From: an uncultured bacterium
GTDB lineage: Bacteria > Pseudomonadota > Gammaproteobacteria > Burkholderiales > JACQAP01
Direction of reading: 5' to 3'
Length of the DNA: 64,000 bases
Assembly: GCA_965233135.1 (NCBI GenBank)
Contig: CBDDRM010000176.1
Coordinates: 2,696-66,695, forward strand
Numbering within the stretch: position 1 is the first letter of the stretch; each line of letters starts with the position of its first letter. Shown piece by piece: positions 23,527-33,247 of this stretch. A program made the position numbers and the translations under genes. The notes under the pieces are model-generated. The model was not told the origin of the DNA. It made no database searches and saw nothing but the letters and a program-made list of their open reading frames with translations.

Positions 23527-23946
23527 TCAGCGCCGCTGCTGCTGGGAGGTGAAGGTAATCTTGCCGAAACCGGCGATGCGCGAGGCTTCCATGACATTGA
23601 TCACCGACTGGTGCGTCGCATTGGCGTCGGCATTGATGATGACGACCGGATCCGCGTTGCTGCCAGCGGCGCGCTTCAGTTCGGCGGCAAACGCCTCTGG
23701 CGTGGTGAAGGCGATCGCCGAACGATTGATCATATATTGTCCATTGGCGGATACGCCGACGTTGATCTGGTTCGGGCGGTCCGCAGGCTTGGTGGCATCC
23801 GCCGTCGGCAGATTGATCTGCATTTCGGAATACCGCGAATAGGTCGTCGTCACGGCAAGAAAAATGACGATGACGATGAGCACATCGATGAAAGGAACCA
23901 GATTGATTTCCGGTTCCTCCCTGAACGACCCGCGGCGAAAATTCAT
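23527..23946 (-). CDS. exbD: Biopolymer transport protein ExbD/TolR
   Basis: EINLVPFIDVLIVIVIF, INLP, VIINAD. Confidence 0.9.
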   Translation of the reverse strand: MNFRRGSFREEPEINLVPFIDVLIVIVIFLAVTTTYSRYSEMQINLPTADATKPADRPNQINVGVSANGQYMINRSAIAFTTPEAFAAELKRAAGSNADPVVIINADANATHQSVINVMEASRIAGFGKITFTSQQQRR

Positions 23947-23959
23947 GGCTTGCGCAAGC

Positions 23960-24571
23960 TTAGCCCTGGCGCTGGCCGTGAATGATCTCGACCAGCTTGA
24001 CGGCCTGTACTTCCATTTCCACCACCAGCGTATCGACGCGCGCCCGGAAGTGGCGATAGAACACCAGGCTCGGTACCGCCACGATGATGCCGAACGCGGC
24101 GTTATAAAGTGCAATGGAGATGCCGTGCGCCAGTTGGCCGGGGTTGGCCATGCCGGTAGGCCCGGATGAACCGAAGATCTCGATCATGCCTATGATGGTG
24201 CCAAGCAACCCGAGCAGCGGGGCCATGGTGGCAATGGTGCCAAGCGTGGTCAGAAAACGCTCGAGTTCGTGCGCGGCTGCGCGACCCGCTTCCTCGATCG
24301 ACTCTTTCATGATCTCCCGCGAACTGGCCGCTTCCTTGAGCGCGGCTGCAAATATTCTGCCCAGCATGGCCGATTGCGCGAGCCGCTCAAGCATGTCGGG
24401 CGAAATGCTTTTCTGGCGGTACTCCTGCACTACTCTGGGCAGCAGGTCGCGTGGAACGACAAATTCCTTGCGCAAGCTGTAAAAGCGTTCGCCGATGATG
24501 CCGACCGCGATGATGGAGCACAGGATCAACGGCCAGATCGGCCATCCGGCCGCTTCTATGATGTGTAGCAA
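23960..24571 (-). CDS. exbB: MotA/TolQ/ExbB proton channel protein
   Basis: LGTIATMAPLLGLLGTIIGMI, GISIALYNAAFG; TTG start assumed. Confidence 0.9.
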   Translation of the reverse strand: MLHIIEAAGWPIWPLILCSIIAVGIIGERFYSLRKEFVVPRDLLPRVVQEYRQKSISPDMLERLAQSAMLGRIFAAALKEAASSREIMKESIEEAGRAAAHELERFLTTLGTIATMAPLLGLLGTIIGMIEIFGSSGPTGMANPGQLAHGISIALYNAAFGIIVAVPSLVFYRHFRARVDTLVVEMEVQAVKLVEIIHGQRQG

Positions 24572-24696
24572 GCTCGACTCCGCAGCATTTGAAAACCGGC
24601 GCCACTTTAAACCGCATCGATAAGCGCAGCAAGTTGAGAGATCGTCAGCGTCGGCGGCTTGACAAGCAGCTGGAAGCACAATCTAGCTCGTCAAAT

Positions 24697-24899
24697 TTGT
24701 CCACAATCTTTGTGGATAACTGTGTGCACACTTTGTACAAACATATCGTAAGTGGATTCACCGAAAGCCTTTTTTGTATCGCGATTAAAAAATGCGCTTC
24801 ACGTTTTAGTTACTGCAATCATGGGCTTGCGCTCGGCTTGCCCGTGGCCAGACGGCGTTCGCGGCAGCCGTCCTACATTTTTGTGACCGTTGTGGATGA
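24697..24899. promoter_or_regulatory. DnaA-box cluster in the exbB/xseA divergent intergenic region
   Basis: TTGTCCACA (24697-24705), perfect reverse box TGTGGATAA (24711-24719), TGTGGATGA (24891-24899). Confidence 0.6.
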
Positions 24900-25001
24900 C
24901 GAGGGACGACTCCGTCAGGCTTTGTCAATAGCAAAATGACAGGCGATTTGCGCGTGGAGACGCCCGCGAGCATGCATCCCGCGCGGCTTGCGTGAACTAG
25001 A

Positions 25002-26345
25002 ATGTCGCGCATGCATGTCGATGATTCGAATACGGCAATCATTACGGTTGCTGAGCTGAACCGGCGCGCGCGCCAGTTCATCGAAGCGGGCTTTCCGCTG
25101 TTGTGGGTTGCTGGCGAGATCTGCAATTTCACGCGCGCCAGCTCGGGCCACTGTTATTTTTCCCTGAAGGATGCTTCCGCGCAGGTCCGCTGCGTATTCT
25201 TCCGGCATAAGGCGGCTTTGCTCGACTGGAAACTGGAGAACGGCATGCAAGTCGAAGTGCGTGCCCTCCCGACGCTTTACGAAGCGCGGGGTGAATTCCA
25301 GTTGACGGTGGAAGGCATGCGGCGTTCAGGCCTCGGCGTGCTGTTCGAAGCATTTGAACGCCTGAAGCGAAAACTCGAGCAGGAAGGTCTGTTCGACCCC
25401 GCAAGGCGCAAACCCATCCCTGCTTTTCCGCGTAGTGTTGGCATCGTCACATCGCTCAAGGCCGCGGCCCTGCGCGATGTGCTCACGACACTGGCGCGAC
25501 GCATGCCCGGCATCGGCGTCGTGTTGTACCCCGCTCCAGTCCAGGGCGAAGGGGCCGGGGCGCGCATTGCACAGTCGATCCGGACCGCATCCCTGCGCGC
25601 CGAGGTCGATGTGCTGATCATCTGTCGCGGCGGCGGCAGTATGGAGGATCTGTGGGCTTTCAACGAGGAAGTCGTCGCACGCGCGATCGCCGAATGCGAA
25701 ATCCCGCTGGTTTGCGGCGTTGGGCATGAAACCGACTTCACGATCGCGGATTTTGTCGCCGATGCCCGCGCGCCGACACCCACGGCGGCAGCGGAGCTGG
25801 TAAGCCCGAATCGAATCGAGTTGCGGGCGCGCGTCGGCGTATTGGCGGCGCGTCTGGCGCGCGACATCCATCGGTCGCTGAACTCCCGCATGCAACTGGT
25901 CGATTACCTCGGCAAGCGCGTGACGCATCCAGGCGAGCGCATCGAGGGGGAACTGCGCCACCTGCAGAACCTGAGCAGCCGGCTGCGCTCCGCAGCCGCG
26001 CATACCCTCAACGGGGTGTCGTGGAATTGTTCGACGTTAGCGCAGCGCCTGCGCGCGGCGTTGCCCGATATTGACGCGTTGATCGCAGGGCAGCAAGCCT
26101 TGCGCCAGCGCCTGCAATTCGGTGGGCAGCATGTCCTGGAACATTATGTGGCCCGGCTGCGGAAAATGAGCGCCAATCTGGACCATCTCAATCCGCACGC
26201 GGTGCTGGAGCGCGGTTACAGCATCGTCGCGAAGCGCGACGGGCAGATCGTGCGTTCAGCGCGGCAACTCGAGCCCGGCGAGCCGCTGCGTATCACTTTC
26301 GCGCGCGGCGAAGCGCTAACCCGGGTCGAGCATGCCGACGAGTGA
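25002..26345 (+). CDS. xseA: Exodeoxyribonuclease VII large subunit
   Basis: WVAGEI, SGHCYFSLKD, RGGGSMEDLWAFN, GHETD, PTPTAAAE, LERGYSI. Confidence 0.97.
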   Translation: MSRMHVDDSNTAIITVAELNRRARQFIEAGFPLLWVAGEICNFTRASSGHCYFSLKDASAQVRCVFFRHKAALLDWKLENGMQVEVRALPTLYEARGEFQLTVEGMRRSGLGVLFEAFERLKRKLEQEGLFDPARRKPIPAFPRSVGIVTSLKAAALRDVLTTLARRMPGIGVVLYPAPVQGEGAGARIAQSIRTASLRAEVDVLIICRGGGSMEDLWAFNEEVVARAIAECEIPLVCGVGHETDFTIADFVADARAPTPTAAAELVSPNRIELRARVGVLAARLARDIHRSLNSRMQLVDYLGKRVTHPGERIEGELRHLQNLSSRLRSAAAHTLNGVSWNCSTLAQRLRAALPDIDALIAGQQALRQRLQFGGQHVLEHYVARLRKMSANLDHLNPHAVLERGYSIVAKRDGQIVRSARQLEPGEPLRITFARGEALTRVEHADE

Positions 26346-26470
26346 TTTGGCTTCGCCGGTGCGTTGCGCTATCGTAGCCGGCCATGACCGCGCGCGAGGC
26401 CGCATGATTGATTCCAGACAAGATGTCCCGCGGTCAGCTCATCCCAACCATCGCCAGAAGAGGAGAAACC

Positions 26471-26953
26471 ATGATGTCGATTAAAAAATTGCTGTCTCTG
26501 TGCGTTTTCGCAGTATTCGCGGCGGCGTCAGTGAATGCTTCCGCGCAACTCGCGGACAAGAAAGTGCTGACGCTCGAAGGCGCCAAGAAAGTTGCCGCAG
26601 CCGCTGAAGCCGAAGCCCGCAAGAACAACTGGAACGTGGTCATCGTCGTGGTGGACGATGGAGGCAATCTGCTCTACCTGCAGCGAAACGATGGCACGCA
26701 AACCGGCAGTATCGATATCGCGATCCAGAAGGCGCGCACGTCCCAGGCGTTCAAACGCTCGACCAAGGTGTTCGAAGACGCCATCGCCGGGGGGCGCACC
26801 GCGCTTCTCGCATTGCCCGGCGCGTTGCCGCTGGAAGGCGGACTGCCGCTGATGTCGGGCGGCCAGTTGGTAGGTGCCATCGGAGTCAGCGGCGTGAAAT
26901 CCACCGAGGACGGCCAGATTGCGAAGGCCGGGGCGGATTTGCTCGGAAATTGA
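26471..26953 (+). CDS. Secreted heme-binding protein, GlcG/HbpS family
   Basis: Signal peptide; VVDDGGNL, KARTS, EGGLPL, GAIGVSG. Confidence 0.88.
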   Translation: MMSIKKLLSLCVFAVFAAASVNASAQLADKKVLTLEGAKKVAAAAEAEARKNNWNVVIVVVDDGGNLLYLQRNDGTQTGSIDIAIQKARTSQAFKRSTKVFEDAIAGGRTALLALPGALPLEGGLPLMSGGQLVGAIGVSGVKSTEDGQIAKAGADLLGN

Positions 26954-26958
26954 ACGGC

Positions 26959-26984
26959 AACGGGAGCGCTTGCGCGCTCCCGTT
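26959..26984. terminator. Hairpin between the convergent glcG-like gene and miaA
   Basis: aacgggagcgc-ttgc-gcgctcccgtt, an 11-bp stem. Confidence 0.6.
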
Positions 26985-28019
26985 CTAGCGCTCGAATTGT
27001 CGCGGTAACCAGGTTGTGATTTGCTCCGGCAGATCCGCGGCAAGGCAGTCGAATGTCTGCACTCCCCCGGTGGCTCTCAACCACGTCAGTTGCCGTTTTG
27101 CCAGTTGCCGCGTCGCGGCAATGGCCTTCTCGCGCAGTACATCCAGGCCGAAGTCGCCTTCCAGGTGTTGCCAGACCTGGCGGTATCCGACGCAACGCAT
27201 GGAAGGCAGATCGGCATTCAACGCGTAGCGACTTCGCAACTGCCGGACCTCCTCGATAAGGCCGAGATCGAGCATTTGGTCGAATCGCTGCGCAATGCGC
27301 CGGTGCAGGACTGCCCTGTCTCCCGGCACAAGCGCGATCGAGACCAGCCGGTAGGGCAGACCGGCCGGCGCCGACAGCGCGATCAATGACGCCATCGGCT
27401 TGCCGGTCAGATGAAAGATCTCCAGGGCGCGCTGGATGCGCTGCGAATCGTTGGGATCGAGGCGTCGCGCCGTGACCGGATCGACCCGCCGAAGCTCGTC
27501 GTGCATTGCCGGCCACCCCTTGGCGCCGGCCAGGGCATCGATGCGCTGTCGAGTGGCAGGATCCGAAGCAGGCAAAGTGGCCAATCCGTCGCGCAGCGCC
27601 TTGAAGTACAGCATGGTTCCGCCCGTGAGCAGCGGCATGCCGCCGCGTTCGCTGATGCCGCGCATGGCCTGCAGTGCGTCGTCGCGAAACTGCGCTGCCG
27701 AATACGATTGCGTCGGATCGATGAGGTCGATCAGATGATGGCGGACCTGCCGAAGCGTGTTGCAGTCGGGCTTGGCAGTGCCAATATTCATGTCGCGGTA
27801 CACCAGCGCGGAATCCACGCTGACGATCTCGAGCGCAAAACGACGGGCGAGCTCCAGCGCGACAGCGCTCTTGCCGCTGGCAGTGGGACCCATCAACAGA
27901 ATTGCCGCCGGCAACTCCGTTGATGCGCGCGCGCCTTCGCTGGATTCCGGGTTTTGCCTGTCAGGAACGAGGGGCGAGGGACGAGAAAGATCACTGACAC
28001 CCGAACGCGCGAGCTTCAA
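26985..28019 (-). CDS. miaA: tRNA dimethylallyltransferase
   Basis: [40 protein letters not shown]; start uncertain (TTG 28019 or about 27915). Confidence 0.95.
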   Translation of the reverse strand: MKLARSGVSDLSRPSPLVPDRQNPESSEGARASTELPAAILLMGPTASGKSAVALELARRFALEIVSVDSALVYRDMNIGTAKPDCNTLRQVRHHLIDLIDPTQSYSAAQFRDDALQAMRGISERGGMPLLTGGTMLYFKALRDGLATLPASDPATRQRIDALAGAKGWPAMHDELRRVDPVTARRLDPNDSQRIQRALEIFHLTGKPMASLIALSAPAGLPYRLVSIALVPGDRAVLHRRIAQRFDQMLDLGLIEEVRQLRSRYALNADLPSMRCVGYRQVWQHLEGDFGLDVLREKAIAATRQLAKRQLTWLRATGGVQTFDCLAADLPEQITTWLPRQFER

Positions 28020-28049
28020 TCCCTCACCCCTCGCACCTCGTCCTTGTCA
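27959..28049. repeat. Inverted 7-bp-period repeat element at the mutL-miaA junction, flanked by TGTCA direct repeats
   Basis: acgaggg-gcgaggg-acgagaa opposed to ccctcac-ccctcgc-acctcgt; tgtca at 27959-27963 and 28045-28049. Confidence 0.65.
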
Positions 28050-29813
28050 TTTTCCCCTCATGAACATTTTGTCCAACTCACCGAGCGTGACCTGGAACCA
28101 CGTCGGTCGGCCGTGATTACACTGGCCGGAACGCTCGGTCGACTCCATTTCACGCAGCAGCGCGTTCATCTCCGTGACGCTCAGCGTGCGGTTGGCCCTG
28201 ACGGCCGCGTGGCAAGCCATCGTGGAGAGCATTTCGTTCTGGCGCTCGGCAAGCGCGCGGCTTGCGCCGAACTCACTGATTTCGCGTAGAACATCTCGCG
28301 CCAGTTGCGCGGCATCCGCCTGCGCCAGCGTCATGGGAACGCAGCGCACGGCCAGCGCATTGGGTGCGACGATGGCGAGTTCAAACCCAAGCCGCGCAAG
28401 CGTGTCCGGATTCTCTTCGGCGGTGGCAACTTCGAGAGCGCTGGCGTTCATGGTCGCTGGAATCAACAGGGTCTGCGTCGGGATGCCCGCGTCATCGAGC
28501 CCGCTCTTGAGCTTCTCATAGACGATGCGCTCGTGCGCCGCATGCATGTCCACCACCACCAGCCCGTGGCGGTTCTGGGCGAGCACGTAGATACCCGCTA
28601 GTTGCGCCAGGGCGAAACCCAGTGGATATTCCTCCTGAACGTTCAACGCTGCCGCCGCGCGATCGGGCAAAGTTGCTGTGGCGCTGCCGGCTGCGCCAAA
28701 CAACGTGGCGTAGAATGCGGCCGGTTCGTTCGTCAGCAGTTCCATGGAAGGCTGGCGCGACGTTGCTGCGTCAAACCGGAAGGCCGACGCCGACGGTGAG
28801 GATTCACGGCCGCCGCCGAGCCCGGCGCGCGAGTTCGAGAGTGCTTTCTCCAGTGCGTGAAACACAAACTGGTGCATGCCGCGCGAATCCCTGAAGCGCA
28901 CCTCGACCTTGGTGGGGTGCACATTCGCATCGACCAGCGCCGGATCCAGTTCGAGAAACAATACGTACGCGCAGTGACGCTCGTGATGCAAGACGTCGTG
29001 GTAAGCCTCGCGCACCGCATGCGAAAGAATCCTGTCGCGCACGAACCGGCCATTGACAAAACAATACTGGGCGTCGCGCGAACTGCGCGAGTAGGCAGGC
29101 TGGGCGGCCAATCCGTGCAGGCGAAAGCCCGCGCTTCTCGCCTCGACCGTGAGGGAGGCGGACGCGAATTCTTCGCCGAGAACTGCGCGGATGCGCTCGT
29201 GCGTGCTTGCGGACGGCAGATGCCAGTGCGCCCGGCCATTATGAGTCAGTGCGAATTGAACGTCAGGCCGCGACAACGCCAGCCGTTTGAAAGTTTCTTC
29301 GCAATGCGCAAATTCGGTCTGTGGACTGCGTAGAAACTTGCGACGCGCCGGGGTGTTGAAATACAAATCGGACGCTTCCACGATCGACCCTGCGGCAAGT
29401 GCGGCAGGTTCTGGTGCCGATCGCGCATCACCGCTGGCCTCCACTTTCCATGCATGCGCGCTGCCGCGCGCACGACTGGCCAGGCTGAAGTGCGATACGG
29501 CGGCGATACTGGCGAGTGCTTCGCCGCGAAAACCCAGGCTCGCCACGCGTTCGAGGTCTTCCAGGGAGGCAATCTTGCTGGTGGCGTGCCGCGCCAGGGC
29601 GAACGCGAGTTCATCGCGCGCGATCCCGGCGCCGTTGTCGGTCACGCGGATCTGTCGAATGCCGCCATCAGTCAGGTGCGTGGAAATTTCCGTGGCTCCC
29701 GCATCGAGGCTGTTTTCCATCAACTCCTTGAGCGCGGAGGCAGGTCTGTCAACCACCTCGCCCGCGGCGATTTGGCTGACCAGCAAGTCCGGAAGCAAAC
29801 GTATGGAAGGCAT
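28047..29813 (-). CDS. mutL: DNA mismatch repair protein MutL, endonuclease type
   Basis: IAAGEVV, GFRGEAL, DMHAAHER, ACHAA, CNHGRP. Confidence 0.97.
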   Translation of the reverse strand: MPSIRLLPDLLVSQIAAGEVVDRPASALKELMENSLDAGATEISTHLTDGGIRQIRVTDNGAGIARDELAFALARHATSKIASLEDLERVASLGFRGEALASIAAVSHFSLASRARGSAHAWKVEASGDARSAPEPAALAAGSIVEASDLYFNTPARRKFLRSPQTEFAHCEETFKRLALSRPDVQFALTHNGRAHWHLPSASTHERIRAVLGEEFASASLTVEARSAGFRLHGLAAQPAYSRSSRDAQYCFVNGRFVRDRILSHAVREAYHDVLHHERHCAYVLFLELDPALVDANVHPTKVEVRFRDSRGMHQFVFHALEKALSNSRAGLGGGRESSPSASAFRFDAATSRQPSMELLTNEPAAFYATLFGAAGSATATLPDRAAAALNVQEEYPLGFALAQLAGIYVLAQNRHGLVVVDMHAAHERIVYEKLKSGLDDAGIPTQTLLIPATMNASALEVATAEENPDTLARLGFELAIVAPNALAVRCVPMTLAQADAAQLARDVLREISEFGASRALAERQNEMLSTMACHAAVRANRTLSVTEMNALLREMESTERSGQCNHGRPTWFQVTLGELDKMFMRGK

Positions 29814-30176
29814 GGGAACGAAATCGGAGTTAGTCCGATTATAGCTGCAGGCGGGCTATCATCGAATTTTGTGCCCGACATGCAACAGTGGCTGTGCAGC
29901 GCGTGCCGTAGCGTGATGGACGATCCCGTTCGCCGCGACTATCCGGTGCTCATGCGATCGGGATTTGTTGCGGCCGATGGCCGTAGCGCGTGCGAATAAG
30001 CGCATTTATCCTGCGACGGGCCTAGACGAGCGTGCCCGCAAGCCTAATAATTAGCCAGTTATCAAGGCTTTTCGGCGAAAAGCCTTGTCCGTTTGCTGAC
30101 TACTCCGGTGCTGACTGGGCGTCATGGGGCAGATTGCGAGTCCATTGACCTATATCCGGGACTGAGAAAGAACAGG

Positions 30177-33100
30177 ATGGATAAGAAGACGATTTACTCG
30201 AAGACCGGCAAAGGTGTTCTGGAGATCAAGAACAAAGCCGGCAAGCTGCCCAAGGACCTTCTCAAGGTTCTCACGCTCATCGACGGCAAATCGACGATCG
30301 CAGACGTGCTGGCCAAGTCGAAGCTCAGCGATAGCGAAATGAAGAAGGTCCTGAGCGACCTGACCACCGGCGGCTACATCAAGGAATTTGCCAATACCTC
30401 GACCGGCACGCAAGGCGCCGGGGGCGGCTCTTATGTCGACGATCTTGACTTTACTTCATCCCTCTCGCCGAGCAAGAACGTCTACCAGAATGCGCAGACC
30501 GAGTGGCGCCAGCGCGAATCGGCGGATCGGGCAAAGGCCGAGCTGGACGCCAAGCGCAAGCGCGAGGAGGAAGATCGGCTGAAGAAAGAGCAGGCTGCGC
30601 AACTGGCCCGGGAAGAAGGCGCGCGTCTGGCGAAGGTCGAGGCAGAGCGCAAGATCAAGGAAGCCGCCGCCCAGAAATTGCGTGAGGAATCGGAGCGCAA
30701 GGCGAAGGTCGAAGCCGATGTCATGGCGCAGACCCAGCGCGATCTGTCGAAACTGCTTGAAGCCGAGCGTCAGGCTTTCGACCTTGCTGAACGCAAGAAG
30801 CTTGAAGCACAGCAATTGCAGAGTTCGGACCAGGCGGCTCGTCGAGCGCGTGAGGAGGCCGAGCGAAGAATCAAGGAGGAAGAGGAGCGCCGTCGCCAGG
30901 AAGAGCAGCAGCGTGAACGCAAGGCAGAAGAAGAGCGCAAGCGCAAGCAAGAGGAAGAACTCAGGCGCAAGGAAGACGAGCGCAAGCGTCGCGAGGAGGA
31001 GGAGGAGCGTCTCAAACGCGCGGAAGAAGAGCGCAAGCGTAAGGAAGACGAAGAGCGCAAGAAGCGCGAAGAAGAGGAACGCAGGCGTCGCGAAGAGGAA
31101 GAGCGGCGCAAACGCGAGGAAGAAGAGCGCAAGCGCAAGGAAGAAGAGGAGCGCAAGCGTCGCGAAGAGGAAGAGCGGCGCAAGCGCGAGGAGGAAGAGC
31201 GGCGCAAACGTGAGGAAGAGGAGCGCAAGCGCAAGGAAGAAGAGGAGCGCAAGCGTCGCGAGGAGGAAGAGCAGCGCAAACGCGACGAAGAGGAGCGCAG
31301 GCGCAAGGAAGAAGAACGCAAGAGACGCGAAGAGGAAGAAAAGCGAGCGCGACGCGAAGAAGAAGATCGCCGCCGTCGTGAGGAAGACGAGCGCCGTCGT
31401 CTCGAAGACCAGCGGGCGCAGGGCGCAGGTATCGAAGAAGAAGCAAACCGCCGTGCGGAAGACGAGCGTCGCAGCCGGGAAGCATCCGAGCGTGCCAGCG
31501 CGGAGGAGTCGCGCCGCAAGGAACTCGCGCAACACGCCGCGTCGGACAAGGACGCTTTGCCGGAGTTTGATCTGTCCGGCCTCCGGGCAATGGAAACGCA
31601 GGTCGCTGCTGAATTCGAGAAACAGCAGCAGGAATTGCGCAAGCGCGAGGAGGAAGAGGAACGTCAGCGCGAGCAGCAGGAGCAGGCGAGGCTTGCCATG
31701 GAGCGCGCGGAACGCGAAGAACAGGCGCGCGCCGAGGCGGAACGACGCGAAGCCGAGGATCTGGAGCGCCGCGAGCGTATGGATCGCGAGCGCCAGGATC
31801 GCGAAGACCGCGAGAAAAAGCGCCAGGAAGAAAAACAGGCGCGTTCACGCGAGCAGGAGGAAGCCAAGGTCAAGCGGGAGCAGGAGCGCCTGCGGCAGGA
31901 AACGATGAAAGTCGAGAACGAGCGGCGCGCGCGCGAGGAGGATCTCGTCAGGCGACGCAAGGAGCAGGAAGAGCGGGATCGCAAGCGCGCAGAAGTAGAA
32001 TCGCTGAAGAAAACCAAAGGCATCAGGACGCCGCTGGACCGCCTGAAACCGGTCGCCGTCGTAATCGCGGTGCTCGTTGCGGTGATTCTGGGCGGAATTC
32101 AATTGCTGCCTATGAACTCCTATGTGCCTGCGATCGAAAAGCTCGCCACGGAGCACATCAAGGAGCCCGTATCCATCGGATCGATGCACATGTCCATCCT
32201 TGGCGGCTTTACCATAAATCTTGAAAACATCAAGGTCGGCACCACTCAGGACGTCAAGATCGACAAGGTCTCGGTTTCACCGGAATTTGGCTCCCTGTTC
32301 GGGGATGTCAAAGTCATTCGCCAGTTGCAGGCGGAATCGGTGACTGTTGCCGAAGAGGTCTTGCCGCGCTTGCCAAGATGGCTGGATGCGGCAGCCGGCG
32401 ACACTGCAGTGCAAGTCGATCGCATCGTGCTCAAATCGATCAAGCTTGAATCCCGGCATGCCAAAGTTCCGCCATTCGATGCCGATCTACGGCTCTCCCG
32501 GGAGGGCACCGTACAGAATGCTTCGTTGGTCAGTTCCGATGGCAAGCTGCGGGTGGAACTGACACCGCGTGACAATCAGATCGATATAGCGCTTAGTGCC
32601 GCGAAAGGTTGGGTGCCGCCGCTGGGGCCGCAGATCGAATTCTCCGATCTGACGGTTCAGGCTGTGGCGGTGCGCAACCAGCTGCGCGTAGACAAGTTCG
32701 AGGCTTTGCTCTATGGGGGAGCAGCCAGGGGAAGCGCCCTTATAGTCTGGGGTGGCCCGTGGTCGATTGAAGGGGAAGTCTCCACTGAGCGCGTCAGCCT
32801 GCAGGAACTGATGGCGGTGTTTACGCGGGATGCGAAGTCGACGGGACAACTTGAGTCGAAGTTCCGCTATAGCATGGCTGCGCAGGGACTCGCCGCGTTA
32901 TTCGATTCACCAAGGATAGACGGCAACTTCAGCATCAGGAAGGGCGATGTGGATGGCGTGGATCTGGTGCGCGCCCTGCAGTCCGGGGGACGCGGCGAGA
33001 CGCAAGGTGGTGCGACCCGATTCGAGGAGATCACGGGAACCCTGGGACTGGCGTCCGGGCGCTATCAGTACCGCAACATGAAGCTTGCGTCAGGGTTGCT

Positions 33101-33245
33101 GTCTGCCAACGGTGCGTTCGAGGTTTCCCAAAACAAGGAAGTCAACGGACGCATTGCCGTCGAGCTGCGCTCGCAAGCCGCCCAGATACGGGGCAATTTC
33201 ATCGTGGAAGGCGAACTTAAGGCTATCGTGCTGCGACCGAACTGA
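30177..33245 (+). CDS. Large AsmA-family inner-membrane protein with an N-terminal winged-helix-like domain and a long E/R/K-rich helical rod
   Basis: N-terminal KTGKGVLEI...LTLIDGKST...GYI; about 500 aa of charged repeats; one TM helix (VAVVIAVLVAVILGGI); beta-rich C-terminus with LYGG, GDVDGVDL, GGATRFEEITG. Confidence 0.8.
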   Translation: MDKKTIYSKTGKGVLEIKNKAGKLPKDLLKVLTLIDGKSTIADVLAKSKLSDSEMKKVLSDLTTGGYIKEFANTSTGTQGAGGGSYVDDLDFTSSLSPSKNVYQNAQTEWRQRESADRAKAELDAKRKREEEDRLKKEQAAQLAREEGARLAKVEAERKIKEAAAQKLREESERKAKVEADVMAQTQRDLSKLLEAERQAFDLAERKKLEAQQLQSSDQAARRAREEAERRIKEEEERRRQEEQQRERKAEEERKRKQEEELRRKEDERKRREEEEERLKRAEEERKRKEDEERKKREEEERRRREEEERRKREEEERKRKEEEERKRREEEERRKREEEERRKREEEERKRKEEEERKRREEEEQRKRDEEERRRKEEERKRREEEEKRARREEEDRRRREEDERRRLEDQRAQGAGIEEEANRRAEDERRSREASERASAEESRRKELAQHAASDKDALPEFDLSGLRAMETQVAAEFEKQQQELRKREEEEERQREQQEQARLAMERAEREEQARAEAERREAEDLERRERMDRERQDREDREKKRQEEKQARSREQEEAKVKREQERLRQETMKVENERRAREEDLVRRRKEQEERDRKRAEVESLKKTKGIRTPLDRLKPVAVVIAVLVAVILGGIQLLPMNSYVPAIEKLATEHIKEPVSIGSMHMSILGGFTINLENIKVGTTQDVKIDKVSVSPEFGSLFGDVKVIRQLQAESVTVAEEVLPRLPRWLDAAAGDTAVQVDRIVLKSIKLESRHAKVPPFDADLRLSREGTVQNASLVSSDGKLRVELTPRDNQIDIALSAAKGWVPPLGPQIEFSDLTVQAVAVRNQLRVDKFEALLYGGAARGSALIVWGGPWSIEGEVSTERVSLQELMAVFTRDAKSTGQLESKFRYSMAAQGLAALFDSPRIDGNFSIRKGDVDGVDLVRALQSGGRGETQGGATRFEEITGTLGLASGRYQYRNMKLASGLLSANGAFEVSQNKEVNGRIAVELRSQAAQIRGNFIVEGELKAIVLRPN
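30880..31410 (+). repeat. Coding tandem repeat of about 21-24 bp encoding EEEERKR[R/K] units
   Basis: Repeated gaagaggaagagcgcaagcg-like units inside the CDS. Confidence 0.9.
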
Positions 33246-33247
33246 AG

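Noticed and set aside
24690-24900. oriC
   Set aside because: Only 2-3 good DnaA boxes and no dnaA, dnaN, gidA or parAB neighbours; kept as a non-origin cluster.
30880-31410. Regular ~24-bp repeats resembling a CRISPR array or VNTR
   Set aside because: No unique spacers and no cas genes; the repeats are in-frame codons for the E/R/K helix with silent variation.
30456-31908. Long alternative-frame and antisense ORFs (Leu/Phe-rich, Ser/Arg-rich)
   Set aside because: By-products of the purine-rich repeat, which lacks stop codons in other frames.
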